From contig JBFINP010000009.1 of assembly GCA_041611095.1 (NCBI GenBank), positions 1,032-65,031 on the forward strand: a stretch of DNA of 64,000 nt, in the 5' to 3' direction. Position numbers and translations under genes: made by a program. Position 1 is the stretch's first letter; every line of letters starts with the position of its first letter. Source of the stretch: Acidimicrobiia bacterium. Lineage in GTDB: Bacteria; Actinomycetota; Acidimicrobiia; Spongiisociales; UBA5794. Shown here piece after piece: positions 1-10,020 of this stretch. Under the pieces are notes generated by a model. The model did no database searches, was not told where the DNA came from, and was given only the letters and a program-made list of their open reading frames with translations.

Positions 1-1124
1 CTCTGCTCGATGCGAGCTGCCGTCTGCGCACGTCCGCCATCCCAGTCGACGAAGAACGACTTGCGGCCGCTCACCAGCTCGAAGTGCTCGGTGAGGGTCA
101 GGCCCGCGACGAGGCCCTCCTCGAGCCGGCCGGCGGGGAGGTAGTGGACGCCGGCATCCCGGAAACCGTGGTAGCTGCGGCGAGTCAGATCGGTACCGGC
201 GATCCTGATGCTGCCGCCCGAGCACCCGAGAAGCCCGGTGCACGCACGGAGCATCATCCGCTGGCCACTCCCTTCGAGGCCGGCGAGGCCGAGCACCTCG
301 CCCCGGCCCACCGAGAGCGACAGGTTCGAGACGGTGAGCACCCGTTCCTCGAGTGTCACGTTGCGGAGCTCGAGCGCCGGCTCACCGATGGTGACGTCGG
401 GACGTGCTCCCTCCACGATGATCTCGCCGAACATCATCTCGACGAGATCTCGGGTCGGAACCGGCAGCTCGGCATCGCCGACGACCTTGCCGCGGCGCAT
501 CACCGTCACGCGGTGGCAGAGTGCCTCGATCTCCTCCAGCTTGTGCGACACGAAGACGACGATCATCCCGTCCGCGGCGAGGCGGCGAAGGATGTCGAAC
601 AGCTTGTCGCGCTGGGTGGCCGAGATCCCGGTCGTCGGCTCGTCCAGGATCAGCACCCGAGCGCCCAGCCACAGGAGCCGGGCGATCTCGAGCTGCTGGC
701 GCTCGCCGACCGACAGCGTGCGGGCGAGGGCGTCGGGATCGAAGGTGAATCCATAGCGCTCGCTTGCCTCCCGCAGGTGCCGCTCACCCTCCTTGCGATC
801 CACGCGTAGGCGCCCGGGTGAGCCGAGCAGGAAGTTGTCGATCACGGTGAAGGGCAAGAAGACGAGGGGGTCTTGGTGCAACATCCCGATGCCGGCGTCC
901 GCAGCGGCATCGGGCGTGCCGAGATCGAGTGTCTTGCCGTCGAGGACGACGTCGCCGGAATCGGCCGGGTGGAACCCGGAGAGCACCTTCATGAGCGTCG
1001 ACTTCCCGGCGCCGTTCTCTCCGAGCAATCCGTGCAGCTCGCCGGCGGCAACCTCCAGCGTGACGCCGTCGTTGGCCCGCACCGGACCGAAGTGCTTGTG
1101 GATGTCACGCAGGGCGAGGCTCAT
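1..1124 (-). CDS. ABC transporter ATP-binding protein, tandem-ATPase type (C-terminus lies beyond window edge)
   Basis: Hand translation of the minus strand from ATG 1124-1122 gives MSLALRDIHKHFGPV...GLLGENGAGKSTLMKVL (Walker A), LSVGERQQLEIARLL (signature) and VLILDEPT (Walker B). A second ATPase half then begins (GLAGLEGSGQ). It is absent from the ORF track because it runs off the window. The + ORFs 84..809 and 793..2058 are antisense to it. Confidence 0.85.
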   Translation of the reverse strand, partial: MSLALRDIHKHFGPVRANDGVTLEVAAGELHGLLGENGAGKSTLMKVLSGFHPADSGDVVLDGKTLDLGTPDAAADAGIGMLHQDPLVFLPFTVIDNFLLGSPGRLRVDRKEGERHLREASERYGFTFDPDALARTLSVGERQQLEIARLLWLGARVLILDEPTTGISATQRDKLFDILRRLAADGMIVVFVSHKLEEIEALCHRVTVMRRGKVVGDAELPVPTRDLVEMMFGEIIVEGARPDVTIGEPALELRNVTLEERVLTVSNLSLSVGRGEVLGLAGLEGSGQRMMLRACTGLLGCSGGSIRIAGTDLTRRSYHGFRDAGVHYLPAGRLEEGLVAGLTLTEHFELVSGRKSFFVDWDGGRAQTAARIEQ

Positions 1125-1221
1125 GGCACGGTGGAGCGTAGGAGTGAGGAGCGGACGGTCGCGGGGGAGCGGCGGACGGCCCTCCCCTCACGACGTCTTC
1201 GCCGGGCGATCAGCGCTTCCG

Positions 1222-2442
1222 CTACTCGGTGGCGCTGGCGCCGACGATGCCTTCGAGCAGCTGCTCGGTGTACCAAATCTGGAGGTCGGTCGCCGTCTCG
1301 CCGTCTGCCAGATAGACCGAGCCGTCCTGGAAGTTGAGTGGCCCCGTGAACAGCTCGATGTCCCCGTCGGCCAAGCCGTCGATGAAGTCGTCGAGGTCTG
1401 CTTTCGCATCATCCGACAATCCCTCGCCGTCGATCCAGCCGATAGCGCTCGTTTCCTTGTTGTTGATGTCGTCCCAGTCCGGGCCGACCCACTGGAACTG
1501 CCGCTCGTACTCGCCGTTGATCACAGCTTCCGCGACGTCGAGATACGACGGCCCCCAGTTGAAGTAGGGGACCCCGAGGCACACAGACGGAGCCTCGGAG
1601 CAGGCATCTTCGAAGTCATAGGGAACCGCCCAGACCTCGTCGCCGGCGTCGGCCGCCTGCCCGGCACGGACCAACGCCTCGGTCGTGTCGATGCCCGAGA
1701 TGACGACGTCGGACCCGGCGGCCAGGAACTCGTTCGTCACCTGGGTCGGGTCCAAGGTGAAGCCGGGGATGTTGAACCAGAAACCGATCCACTTGACCTC
1801 GAAACCGAGGTCGGCCGGATCGCTCTCCCGGTAGTTCTCCCAGCAGTACGTGGCGCCGAGGTATGCCGAGTTGACCAGCCGGCGCGTCTCGTCGTTGATG
1901 AGCGGCCCCAGGTAGGAGATGTTGCCGGTCTCCGTCGTGAGCGCAGCGGCGCAGCCAGCGATCATCTTGCCGAACTCCATGCGCCCCATGATGTTCCCCA
2001 GGTTGGTCAGGTCGGAGCGGTAGCCCTTGCCCTCTTCCCATGCGCTGTCGCCCGATGACCAGATCATCGGCACGTCGGGGTGGGCGGCGGCGGCCGCCTC
2101 GATGCCGTCCTTCATGTCGTCCGACGTCGCAAAGATGAGCTGCGCTCCCTGGGCGATCATGTCGTCGACCACGGATTCGACGGTTGTCTCCGGCCGGTCC
2201 GCGGTGTTGACCTTGTCCAGGACGATGAGGGCGTCCTCGGCAAGACCGAGCTGTTCGATCATGTATTCGCCGCCCTCGAAGTGAGCCTGCGACCAGCCCC
2301 GATCGTTCTGCGGTCCCACCAGGATCATCCCGATCTTGAAGTCCTCAGGCGCTGCCACGTCGTCGTCGCCTCCGCACGCTGCGGCCAGCAGCGCAAATGC
2401 CGCAAACAGGGCGAGCACCGTCGCCCAACGCGGTCGTTTCAT
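1222..2442 (-). CDS. BMP/PnrA-family ABC transporter substrate-binding lipoprotein
   Basis: ORF 1222..2481, start trimmed to ATG 2442 (GGAGGA upstream). This gives MKRPRWATVLALFAAFALLAAACGGDDD, a lipoprotein signal with a lipobox Cys. It lies upstream of the ABC ATPase on the same strand. Confidence 0.8.
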   Translation of the reverse strand: MKRPRWATVLALFAAFALLAAACGGDDDVAAPEDFKIGMILVGPQNDRGWSQAHFEGGEYMIEQLGLAEDALIVLDKVNTADRPETTVESVVDDMIAQGAQLIFATSDDMKDGIEAAAAAHPDVPMIWSSGDSAWEEGKGYRSDLTNLGNIMGRMEFGKMIAGCAAALTTETGNISYLGPLINDETRRLVNSAYLGATYCWENYRESDPADLGFEVKWIGFWFNIPGFTLDPTQVTNEFLAAGSDVVISGIDTTEALVRAGQAADAGDEVWAVPYDFEDACSEAPSVCLGVPYFNWGPSYLDVAEAVINGEYERQFQWVGPDWDDINNKETSAIGWIDGEGLSDDAKADLDDFIDGLADGDIELFTGPLNFQDGSVYLADGETATDLQIWYTEQLLEGIVGASATE

Positions 2443-2681
2443 GCGTGATCCTCCTCGTCGGCGCACCCGCATCGCGGGCATCCTCGGCCGGCACGCCGCA
2501 CCGACCGTGGTTCCGGCTCACGGTAGGCGTTTCGCCTTCTCCGTGTAGGGCCGACGGGCACTCGCGGTCGGGTCGATCCGCGCCGGCGCCCACCCGCCAG
2601 GCATCCGCCGGTGAATCGCTTTTTCGCGCATTTCTGTTAACTTCTGCCTGGCGGAGCGGAGACAGGGGCCGGGGAGAAGCC

Positions 2682-3602
2682 ATGCCCGCATACCGTCTCG
2701 CCCGTAGCCTCGCTGCCGTCATGCTCGTCGGCGTGCCCATCACCGTGCAGGACGAGCACGTCGTCGTGCCCGGGGACACGCTCGTCGAGATCGCCGAGAG
2801 CCACAACACCACGGCACGGGCGATCGCCGAAGCCAACGACCTCGGCGATCCCGATGTGATCCGACCCGGTGAGGTGCTCCGTCTTCCCGGCGGTTCCCGG
2901 TTCCACCGAGTCGCGATGGGCGAGACGCTCGCCGAGATCGCCAGGGCCTATGGGACGACCACCCAGGCCCTGGCGACGGCAAATGGCATCGTGGACCCCG
3001 ACCTGATCTTCTCCGGCTCGCGCCTTCAGGTCCTCGGAGGGAGCTCCACCGGTCCGGAGGCAGGCTCCACCGGCACGTCCACCTACGTGGTGCAGGCCGG
3101 CGACCGGTTGGGCGACCTCGCAGCACGCTTCGGGGTGACATCGGCGGATCTCCTGGCGCTCAACGATCTCGCCGATCCCAACGTGCTGACCATCGGGCAA
3201 CGACTCGTCGTGCCGGCTCTACGCTTCACGTGTCCGGTGGCCGGGGCGACGTACCGCAACGATTTCGGTGTGCCCAAGCCCGATGGGCGATTTCACCAAG
3301 GTATCGACCTCTTCGCTCCGGGTGGAACGCCCGTCGTGGCCCCGGTGGCCGGGAGGGTCGAACAGGTCGATGGCTCCCGCGGTGGTCGCCAATTCTGGCT
3401 GCACGGCGCAGACGGCAACCTGTACGTAGGCACCCACATGTCGGACTTCGGTGTCGCCGGGAGGGTGTCTGCGGGTGAGCTGGTCGGCTTCGTCGGCACG
3501 ACCGGCAACGCCGCCGCCACGTCACCGCATCTCCACTTCGAGATGGTGGTGGACGGTGAGTCGGTGAACCCGTACCCCACCCTGCGGGAGAACGGCTGCT
3601 GA
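2682..3602 (+). CDS. LysM-repeat M23 family metallopeptidase (cell-wall hydrolase)
   Basis: ORF 2397..3602, start trimmed to ATG 2682 (GGGGAGAAG upstream). It has three LysM-like repeats (VVPGDTLVEIA, HRVAMGETLAEIA, YVVQAGDRLGDLA). These are followed by the M23 motifs HQGIDLFAP and SPHLHFEM. Confidence 0.85.
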   Translation: MPAYRLARSLAAVMLVGVPITVQDEHVVVPGDTLVEIAESHNTTARAIAEANDLGDPDVIRPGEVLRLPGGSRFHRVAMGETLAEIARAYGTTTQALATANGIVDPDLIFSGSRLQVLGGSSTGPEAGSTGTSTYVVQAGDRLGDLAARFGVTSADLLALNDLADPNVLTIGQRLVVPALRFTCPVAGATYRNDFGVPKPDGRFHQGIDLFAPGGTPVVAPVAGRVEQVDGSRGGRQFWLHGADGNLYVGTHMSDFGVAGRVSAGELVGFVGTTGNAAATSPHLHFEMVVDGESVNPYPTLRENGC

Positions 3603-3623
3603 TCGCGACGGCGGCGAGCCCCG

Positions 3624-4547
3624 TCAGCCGGTGACGTCCCCGCGTGGTTCCCAAGCGACGTGGGACAGCTCGGCGAGAGCGAGCAGCAGGGCCTGCGTAC
3701 CGTTGTGCCCCCCGCCCTGGGCCTGCAGCGCCACGTAGAGCTGGTGGGCGAGGGCGAGGCCGGGGGTGGCGAGGCGTAACCGGGCCGCTTCCTGGAGGGC
3801 GATCGCCATGTCTTTCACGAAGTGGTCGACGAAGAATCCCGGCTCGAAGTCGCCCCGCAGCATCCTCGGGCCATAGTTGCTCAACGACCACGACCCGGCG
3901 GCGCCGCCGCTGACGGCCTCGAACACTCTCGCCGCGTCGAGCTCGGCCTGCTGGGCGTAGAGGAGGGCTTCGGCGACGCCGATCATCCCCGATGCGATGA
4001 GGATCTGGTTGACCATCTTCGTGTGCTGGCCGGCACCGGGACCGCCGACATGAACGATGGTCTTGCCCATCACCTCGAGGAGCGGCCTGACTCGAGTGAC
4101 GTGATCGTCCTCGCCGCCAACCATGATCGACAGGGTGGCGTTGCGCGCTCCGACGTCACCGCCCGACACGGGTGCGTCGACGGCTCCGACATCCTGCGCA
4201 GCAGCAGCCCCGTGAATCTCCACGGCCAGGGACGGCTCGCTGGTCGTCATGTCCACCACGAGGCTGCCCGGTCTCGCGCCTCTCACTGCTCCGTCGGGCC
4301 CGAGAAACACCTCGCGAACGTCGGCGGGGAAGCCGACGATGGCAAACGTCACGTCGCTGGCCGTGGCGACCGCCGCAGGGCTGTCCGCCCAGGTCGCTCC
4401 TCGCTTCTCGAGCTCGGCCGCCTTGGCTCGGGTCCGGCTGTAGACCGTCACAGGATGACCGGCGGCGAGCAGGTGCCCGCACATCGAAGCTCCCATCACC
4501 CCGGTGCCGATCCAGCCGACGGACGGGGGGCGTGAGCTGGTGGTCAT
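3624..4547 (-). CDS. NAD(P)-dependent oxidoreductase, 3-hydroxyisobutyrate dehydrogenase-like family
   Basis: ORF 3624..4706, start trimmed to ATG 4547 (GGAGGC upstream). The N-terminus [18 protein letters not shown] is a Rossmann GxGxxG motif, and length and C-terminal helices fit the family. Confidence 0.8.
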   Translation of the reverse strand: MTTSSRPPSVGWIGTGVMGASMCGHLLAAGHPVTVYSRTRAKAAELEKRGATWADSPAAVATASDVTFAIVGFPADVREVFLGPDGAVRGARPGSLVVDMTTSEPSLAVEIHGAAAAQDVGAVDAPVSGGDVGARNATLSIMVGGEDDHVTRVRPLLEVMGKTIVHVGGPGAGQHTKMVNQILIASGMIGVAEALLYAQQAELDAARVFEAVSGGAAGSWSLSNYGPRMLRGDFEPGFFVDHFVKDMAIALQEAARLRLATPGLALAHQLYVALQAQGGGHNGTQALLLALAELSHVAWEPRGDVTG

Positions 4548-4634
4548 CGTGAGCCTCCGGTTGCATCGCGGGGTGGGTCCGCCCACGATACGCAGGCGCA
4601 AGAGACGGGGTAGGGCAGCAACCTGATACGTATT

Positions 4635-4678
4635 GACGTTCATCGATGGGAGGTGGTAGGCTCCCATCGATGAACGTC
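4635..4678. promoter_or_regulatory. Perfect 18-nt inverted repeat (GACGTTCATCGATGGGAG, 8-nt spacer, CTCCCATCGATGAACGTC); putative ArsR operator overlapping the arsR start
   Basis: Read directly from the sequence: left arm 4635..4652, right arm 4661..4678. The candidate arsR ATG (4670) lies inside the right arm. ArsR/SmtB repressors typically bind dyads at their own promoters. Confidence 0.6.
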
Positions 4679-5014
4679 GAAATGAACCCCGCCAACGTCG
4701 AGGCATGCTGCCCGCCGTTGGGCGACGGGGTGCTGCAGGAGCAGGAGGCCGTTGAGGCGGCCGTGCGTTTCAAGGCGCTCGGTGACCCGGCGCGCGTCCG
4801 GATCGTCAACCGTCTCGCCGTGGCGGACGGCCCGGTGTGTGTCTGCGACCTCACGCCCGAGATCGGCCTGTCGCAGGCAACGGTGAGCTTCCATCTCAAG
4901 AAGCTGCTCGGCGCCGGGCTCGTCGAACGCGAGCAGCGCGGCAAGTGGGCGTTCTATTCGATCAGGCCAGGGGCCCTCGAGGGGCTGGCAACCGTGCTCG
5001 ACCCAGGAGTGTGA
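4670..5014 (+). CDS. arsR: ArsR/SmtB family metalloregulatory repressor
   Basis: Winged-HTH stretch [18 protein letters not shown]...[20 protein letters not shown], a CVCDL metalloid-site motif (GPVCVCDLT) and an N-terminal CC pair (EACCPP). An alternative start is at 4646. Confidence 0.85.
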   Translation: MNVEMNPANVEACCPPLGDGVLQEQEAVEAAVRFKALGDPARVRIVNRLAVADGPVCVCDLTPEIGLSQATVSFHLKKLLGAGLVEREQRGKWAFYSIRPGALEGLATVLDPGV

Positions 5015-5015
5015 C

Positions 5016-5759
5016 GTGACAGATCTTCGCGAAACCGTGCGCAACCGGTATGCCGACGCCGCAACCTCGGTCGGTGAGGACTCGTGTTGCGGCGACGGCT
5101 GCTGTGCGGTGGGGGAACAGGACGCCGAGCAGTTCGGATCCGAGCTCTACGGTGAGGACACTGCCGGTCTCCCGGTCAACGCAGTCGCCGCCAGCCTCGG
5201 GTGCGGTAACCCGACGGCGGTCGCCGACCTGCACGAGGGCGAGGTCGTACTCGACCTCGGCTCGGGCGGGGGCATCGACGTGCTGCTGGCGGCCAAGCGC
5301 GTCGGACCGACGGGCAGGGTGATCGGGCTCGACATGACGGACGAGATGCTCGAGCTCGCTCGCCGCAACCAGCGCGAGGCAGGGCTCGCAAACGTCGAGT
5401 TCGTGAAAGGGTTCATCGAGGACATCCCACTCGGGAACGAGTCCGTCGACGTCATCATCTCCAACTGCGTCATCAACCTCTCCGTCGACAAGCGGCGCGT
5501 GTTGTCGGAGATGGCACGCGTGCTCCGGCCCGGAGGTCGGGTCGGGGTGAGCGACGTCGTGGCCGAGGACCACCTGTCGCCCGAGGATCGTGCGGAGCGC
5601 GGCAGCCATGTCGGCTGCATCGCCGGGGCGCTGTCATTCGGCGAGTACCGCTCGGGTCTCGAGGAGGTGGGCTTCGAGGCTGTGGAGATCATCGCCACCC
5701 ACGAGGTGGCGGATGCGATGCACGGTGCGATCGTGAGGGCGCGGAAACGATCGGGCTGA
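5016..5759 (+). CDS. arsM: Arsenite S-adenosylmethionine methyltransferase
   Basis: SAM motif [12 protein letters not shown]. Conserved Cys contexts are LGCGNP, SNCVINL and HVGCIAG, plus an N-terminal CCGDGCC. The GTG start is 1 nt after the arsR stop, with AGGAG upstream. Confidence 0.85.
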   Translation: MTDLRETVRNRYADAATSVGEDSCCGDGCCAVGEQDAEQFGSELYGEDTAGLPVNAVAASLGCGNPTAVADLHEGEVVLDLGSGGGIDVLLAAKRVGPTGRVIGLDMTDEMLELARRNQREAGLANVEFVKGFIEDIPLGNESVDVIISNCVINLSVDKRRVLSEMARVLRPGGRVGVSDVVAEDHLSPEDRAERGSHVGCIAGALSFGEYRSGLEEVGFEAVEIIATHEVADAMHGAIVRARKRSG

Positions 5760-5769
5760 GGCAGGCCTG

Positions 5770-6093
5770 CTAGCCCTCTTCTTCTAGCTTCCGAAGGAAG
5801 TCTTCCACCGAGCGCCCCGCAACCGACTCGCCATACCGCTCGTCGAGGACATTTCGCATGTGCTGGAAGATCTCGGCCCGCTGCTCCGCTTCGCTGGAGA
5901 GCGTGAGGCCGAAGACCTTGGTGCCGTCGATCCACGGCTTGGCGTCGTTGACCGCCCACGGCACCAAGATGAGCCACGACCAGACGATCTTGTCGTCGCC
6001 GGCCCGAGCGCTGCGGGCAAGACCGGCGCACCCGAACGGGAGGGGCTCCCAGCCCATGGATGTGATCAGCTCGCGAGCATCGTCGTCGGTCAC
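5770..6093 (-). CDS. hypothetical protein
   Basis: 107-aa ORF with non-Arg-biased composition ([20 protein letters not shown]...FLRKLEEEG). It fills the gap between flanking genes. No family recognised. Confidence 0.55.
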   Translation of the reverse strand: MTDDDARELITSMGWEPLPFGCAGLARSARAGDDKIVWSWLILVPWAVNDAKPWIDGTKVFGLTLSSEAEQRAEIFQHMRNVLDERYGESVAGRSVEDFLRKLEEEG

Positions 6094-6162
6094 CCTGACC
6101 CTCCTTTGCGGTGCGATCGACCGTAGCGACCCACCGGAGCTAACGCGACGGAGGCGCCGGTT

Positions 6163-6663
6163 TCAGCCGCCACCGATCTCGACGTCGAATGCGTCGTAAA
6201 CCAGGTCGGCACCTCGGTGCCGGTGCCGTGCCAGCGCACCGAGGAGACCCAGCGCCTCGTCCCGCAGTTCGTCGGCCTCGTCCTCGGTGGGATCCGAACC
6301 GACCTCCTCGAGTTTGGCCTCGAGGGTGATGACCCCTTCCATGAGCGAGGGGTGCTCGGCGCTCAGCTCCTCGACCCGGTTCGTCAGCCATGGCTCGTCA
6401 GCGAGTATGTGTGCGAGGATCCCCTCCGGTCCTTCGACCTCGACGACGTGCGCCTCGAGGGCGGCCCGCAACGCCCGCAGATCACGCCGGAACCTGTCGA
6501 GCCATGACGGCCGGCCGATCGGCGAAGCGAGCGAAGCGTCGAGATCGGTCATCGCACCGTACAGGGCGATGCGTCGTTGCTCTGCAGCGTGGAAGGACTT
6601 GTCGTCCCCCAGAAGCCACCTCCTCCAGACCTCTCCAGTATGCCGTACGTTGGAAGGGGCCAA
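6163..6663 (-). CDS. hypothetical helical protein, possibly hemerythrin-like
   Basis: 166-aa ORF rich in His, Glu and Asp. The C-terminal RHRHRGADLVYDAFDVEIGGG resembles hemerythrin-like domain proteins, but this family call is weak and the start is uncertain. Confidence 0.5.
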   Translation of the reverse strand: MAPSNVRHTGEVWRRWLLGDDKSFHAAEQRRIALYGAMTDLDASLASPIGRPSWLDRFRRDLRALRAALEAHVVEVEGPEGILAHILADEPWLTNRVEELSAEHPSLMEGVITLEAKLEEVGSDPTEDEADELRDEALGLLGALARHRHRGADLVYDAFDVEIGGG

Positions 6664-6715
6664 GCCGCGTCGCAGGCGTCTCCACTAGGTTGACCGCGGC
6701 GAGGAGGCGACAAGG

Positions 6716-7555
6716 GTGAGCGGTGACGGTCCGGGTCATGGCGGCGAGTCGACATCGCCGGCTCCTCGCACCGTCTGGGTCGATGACCTTCCGGGCCAAG
6801 ACCCGATCGAGCTGGTGGTTCCGGCGGGCGCCCAGCTCGTGACCCCGGCAAGCCGGATTGCGATTCGCACCGTGGTGGCCGCGGGTCCATCGCTGCGGGG
6901 CGTCGGCCTGGATTGGGGTGCTGGCACCGGCGGCCTCGCCATCGCGGCCGCTCGTTCGGCGAGGGTCCGCCATGTCTACGCGATCGACGTGGACCGTGCC
7001 AACGTGGACGCCACGGTCGAGAGTGCCCACCGCAACGGCGTTGGTGGAAAGGTGACGGCGCTCTGGGCGGACGGGTTCTCGCCGCGCGACGATTCTGCGG
7101 CGACGATCCTGACTTCGCTCGCGGGCGCGCTGGACTTCATCGTCGCCAACCCGCCCGGTAGCACCACCGGCGACGGGCTCGACTGGCGGCGGCTCGTCCT
7201 GGACGGCGGGAGGCGGCTTCTCCGCCCTGGGGCACCTGTGCTGCTCCAGATCTCACGCCACTATGGGCGCGCTCGGATATCCGGACTGGCGGGCGATGGT
7301 TCGGGCTACGTGTTCGCAGGGACGGTGGGGTCCAGCGGTTGGGAACCCTTCGATCTGAAGCGGCCGGATCTCGCCGAACTGATGCGGCGATGTGTTGCCA
7401 TCGAGCGTTCGGGAGGGGCCGCATACACGTTCGGAGCGCCACCAAGCGGTGAACACGATCTCACGGCGGTACAGGCATTCGAGCGCTACGGCGCAGACGG
7501 CGAGAGCCCCCTCACCCGATGGCAGGTGCACGAGTTCCTGCGGGTCGAGGACTGA
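6716..7555 (+). CDS. SAM-dependent methyltransferase (NPPY-type, HemK/N6-adenine-like)
   Basis: Motif I GLDWGAGTGGLAIAAA and motif IV FIVANPPG. GTG start as in the ORF track. Confidence 0.7.
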   Translation: MSGDGPGHGGESTSPAPRTVWVDDLPGQDPIELVVPAGAQLVTPASRIAIRTVVAAGPSLRGVGLDWGAGTGGLAIAAARSARVRHVYAIDVDRANVDATVESAHRNGVGGKVTALWADGFSPRDDSAATILTSLAGALDFIVANPPGSTTGDGLDWRRLVLDGGRRLLRPGAPVLLQISRHYGRARISGLAGDGSGYVFAGTVGSSGWEPFDLKRPDLAELMRRCVAIERSGGAAYTFGAPPSGEHDLTAVQAFERYGADGESPLTRWQVHEFLRVED

Positions 7556-7560
7556 GTCGA

Positions 7561-8403
7561 TCAGGGAACGACGACGGTCTGCTCCTGAACACCCAGGCCT
7601 TCGATCCCGAGGCGCATCGTGTTCCCCGCCTGGAGCCAGATCGGCGGTTCGTAACCCATCCCTACCCCCGGCGGCGTTCCCGTGGCGATGATGTCGCCGG
7701 GCTGGAGGCTCATGAAGCGGCTCACGAACGCCACGAGCTCGTCGACGCCGAAGATCATCATTCCCGTGTTGCCGTCCTGGCGGCGCACCCCATCGACCTC
7801 GAGCCAGATGTCGAGGCTCCCCGGATCTCCGACCTCGTCGGCGGTGACGAGCCACGGCCCGGTGGGACCGAACGTGTCCGCACTCTTGCCTTTCACCCAC
7901 TGGCCCGTGCCCTCGAGCTGGAAGCTGCGTTCGCTGACGTCATTCACCACGCAGTAGCCGGCGACGTGGCGTCTTGCGTCCTTCACGGCGATGTTCTTGG
8001 CGGGCGTGCCGATGACCACGCCTAGCTCGACTTCCCAGTCGAGCTTCGTACCGCCGTCGGGTATGACGACGGGGTCGTTCGGTCCCGAGATGGCGGACGT
8101 TGCCTTCATGAAGAGGACGGGCTCCGCAGGGACTTGCATCCCGACCTCGGCGCCGTGGTCTGCGTAGTTCAAGCCGACGCACACGAGCTTGCCCACGGAG
8201 CCGACGCACGGACCGAGACGCACGGGCGGATCGACGACCGGCAAGGAGGCGACGTCGATTGCGGCCAGACGCCGGAGGCTGCGGGGGAGCAGCGCTGCAC
8301 CGGCGATGTCGGCGACGTGACCGGCCAGCGAGCGGACGTCCCCGGCGGCGTCGACGAGACCCGGTCGCTCCATCCCCGTGCGCCCGTAACGGACGAGCTT
8401 CAT
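7561..8403 (-). CDS. Fumarylacetoacetate hydrolase (FAH) family protein
   Basis: MKLVRYGRTG...LGPCVGSVGKLVCVGLNYADHGAE...GDIIATGTPPGVG has the typical FAH-domain layout and length (280 aa). Confidence 0.85.
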   Translation of the reverse strand: MKLVRYGRTGMERPGLVDAAGDVRSLAGHVADIAGAALLPRSLRRLAAIDVASLPVVDPPVRLGPCVGSVGKLVCVGLNYADHGAEVGMQVPAEPVLFMKATSAISGPNDPVVIPDGGTKLDWEVELGVVIGTPAKNIAVKDARRHVAGYCVVNDVSERSFQLEGTGQWVKGKSADTFGPTGPWLVTADEVGDPGSLDIWLEVDGVRRQDGNTGMMIFGVDELVAFVSRFMSLQPGDIIATGTPPGVGMGYEPPIWLQAGNTMRLGIEGLGVQEQTVVVP

Positions 8404-8437
8404 GGCCCGTCACCCTACTGGCCCGCCCGGGCGCGAC

Positions 8438-8463
8438 GACGCCCTGGCCTGGGCCAGGGCGTC
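8438..8463 (-). terminator. GC-rich hairpin downstream of the PhoX-like gene
   Basis: GACGCCCTGGCC-TG-GGCCAGGGCGTC (12-nt arms) lies 25 nt after the stop at 8488. There is no clear U-tract, as is common in high-GC genomes. Confidence 0.45.
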
Positions 8464-8487
8464 GATCGGGCCGTGAGGCGGCGTTCT

Positions 8488-10020
8488 CTACGTACCTGGG
8501 AATCTCACCAGGAGGACCTGTCCGCTCTCCGTCTTGAACAGCACGTCGCCGACCTGCTGCTCCTCGACGTTGGCGCCGTGGCCCTGGACGGTCAGCAACC
8601 ACGTCCCGGCTCCGTACCAACGGGAGGCGTCGACGATGCCGCTCGACTCCCCATCGGGATCGGTGACCTGGGCGATGGCTTGCCAATCACCCGAGGCGAG
8701 ATCCATGTGCCAGATCAATGCGTCGTCGGCGTCCTCCTGGACCATCAGACTGTATGCGCTCGTGTCCACATTGTCCGGTGCCCGCATCGGCACGAAGACA
8801 TCGGAGGACGGCGCATCCCCGTCGGCCAGCACCGTCAGGCTGAGCACCTTCGTCGGGTCGGCCGGGTCGAACACCATCTTGAAGACGCGGCCGTTGTCGG
8901 CGAAGCCGACCGTTCCGCTCGGACCACGCACGAGCCGACCCGTCGCCGGATCCGGCACGACCCGGCTGCGGCCGGTGTCGGCGATGTACACGACGTTGGG
9001 CTGGTTCTTGTCGTACGCCAGGTCCTCGAGCCGGATGAACTGGAACACGTTCCGACGGTTGGACCATTCCTCCAGCCCGTCCTGCGGGCTGATGTTCGGC
9101 AGTACCCCGTCGGCAACGCGGTCCGGCACTCGGATGAACCGACCGGTGAAGTCGTCACCGGGCTGCAGATCCAGGTAGTCGTTGGCCCCGTTGAAGGCAT
9201 CGTTCGGATCGACGGCTCCGGCAGATGTGCCGGTCGCCTGGAAGGCGTAGAGCCTGCCGGTGTCGTCGAACACACCGTCCTGATCCCGTGCGATGTACAT
9301 GTAGAGCTGGGCGGATGGCCCGTCGAAGGTGTCATCCGTCGTCAGCAGGACGATGTTGCGGTAGCCGGGCAGGCCGATGGTGTTCTCGTGGTTGAGCCGT
9401 CCCATGCCCTGAACCGCCGTGTAGTCGCCGGTCGCCGTGTTGAGCGCCACGGCATATCCGGCCTGGCGCTGCGGGGCGATCGACGGATCGGGGCCATAAG
9501 GCTGGCCCGGCAGGACGTCGACGATGTCGTTCGACTCCTCGTTGGCGAAGTACACGTAATCGTCGAACCCCTCCGTCGGTCCGGCGATCGATGCGGAGCA
9601 GAAGCGCAGGAACCCGTCGGAGGCGGGAATCGCCACCTCATGGCTCAGCACGGCACCTCGCATGCCGCCGGTGCGGGTGCTCAAGGTCAGCTTGGCGACC
9701 GAGGCGTCCTGGAGGTCCGCCTGGTTGAGGAACGGCACGGTCGATTCCTCGTGGCTCACGAAGACGTCGACGGTTCCTGGCGCCGATCCCGGCACGATGC
9801 CGAGACCGTCGGGGATGCCGCGGAACATGACGCCGTCGACGACGTCGCCGCTACTGATGAGTGCCCGTACCTGCGACCCCGCCGGGGCATCGTCGGTCAG
9901 GGCGATCATCGGGTCCTCGTCCGTGAAGAACGGAGCGCCGTAGGCAGGTCCCGGGACCATGACAGCCAGCAGGGTGAATGCGGCCGCAAGCGGCCAGATG
10001 CGTCTCAGAAGTCGAGACAT
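8488..10020 (-). CDS. Secreted PhoX/DUF839-like protein (family call tentative)
   Basis: ORF 8488..10176, start trimmed to ATG 10020 (GGAGG upstream). This gives the signal peptide MSRLLRRIWPLAAAFTLLAVMVPGPAYG. Propeller-like repeats and a GRLNHEN motif resemble PhoX-type proteins. Confidence 0.6.
   Translation of the reverse strand: MSRLLRRIWPLAAAFTLLAVMVPGPAYGAPFFTDEDPMIALTDDAPAGSQVRALISSGDVVDGVMFRGIPDGLGIVPGSAPGTVDVFVSHEESTVPFLNQADLQDASVAKLTLSTRTGGMRGAVLSHEVAIPASDGFLRFCSASIAGPTEGFDDYVYFANEESNDIVDVLPGQPYGPDPSIAPQRQAGYAVALNTATGDYTAVQGMGRLNHENTIGLPGYRNIVLLTTDDTFDGPSAQLYMYIARDQDGVFDDTGRLYAFQATGTSAGAVDPNDAFNGANDYLDLQPGDDFTGRFIRVPDRVADGVLPNISPQDGLEEWSNRRNVFQFIRLEDLAYDKNQPNVVYIADTGRSRVVPDPATGRLVRGPSGTVGFADNGRVFKMVFDPADPTKVLSLTVLADGDAPSSDVFVPMRAPDNVDTSAYSLMVQEDADDALIWHMDLASGDWQAIAQVTDPDGESSGIVDASRWYGAGTWLLTVQGHGANVEEQQVGDVLFKTESGQVLLVRFPGT

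Noticed and set aside
793-2058. 421-aa + strand ORF (and 84..809)
   Set aside because: It is antisense to the ABC ATPase (Walker motifs read on the minus strand) and to the BMP lipoprotein gene. Its composition is Arg/Pro/Ser-rich.
2443-2681. Possible cyclic-di-AMP (ydaO-type) riboswitch in the 239-nt region upstream of the LysM-M23 hydrolase
   Set aside because: In Actinobacteria such hydrolase genes often carry this riboswitch. Here I found only isolated fragments (GGTGAATC, GGAGCGGAGAC), in the wrong order relative to the consensus as I remember it. I cannot support the call without an Infernal scan (RF00379).
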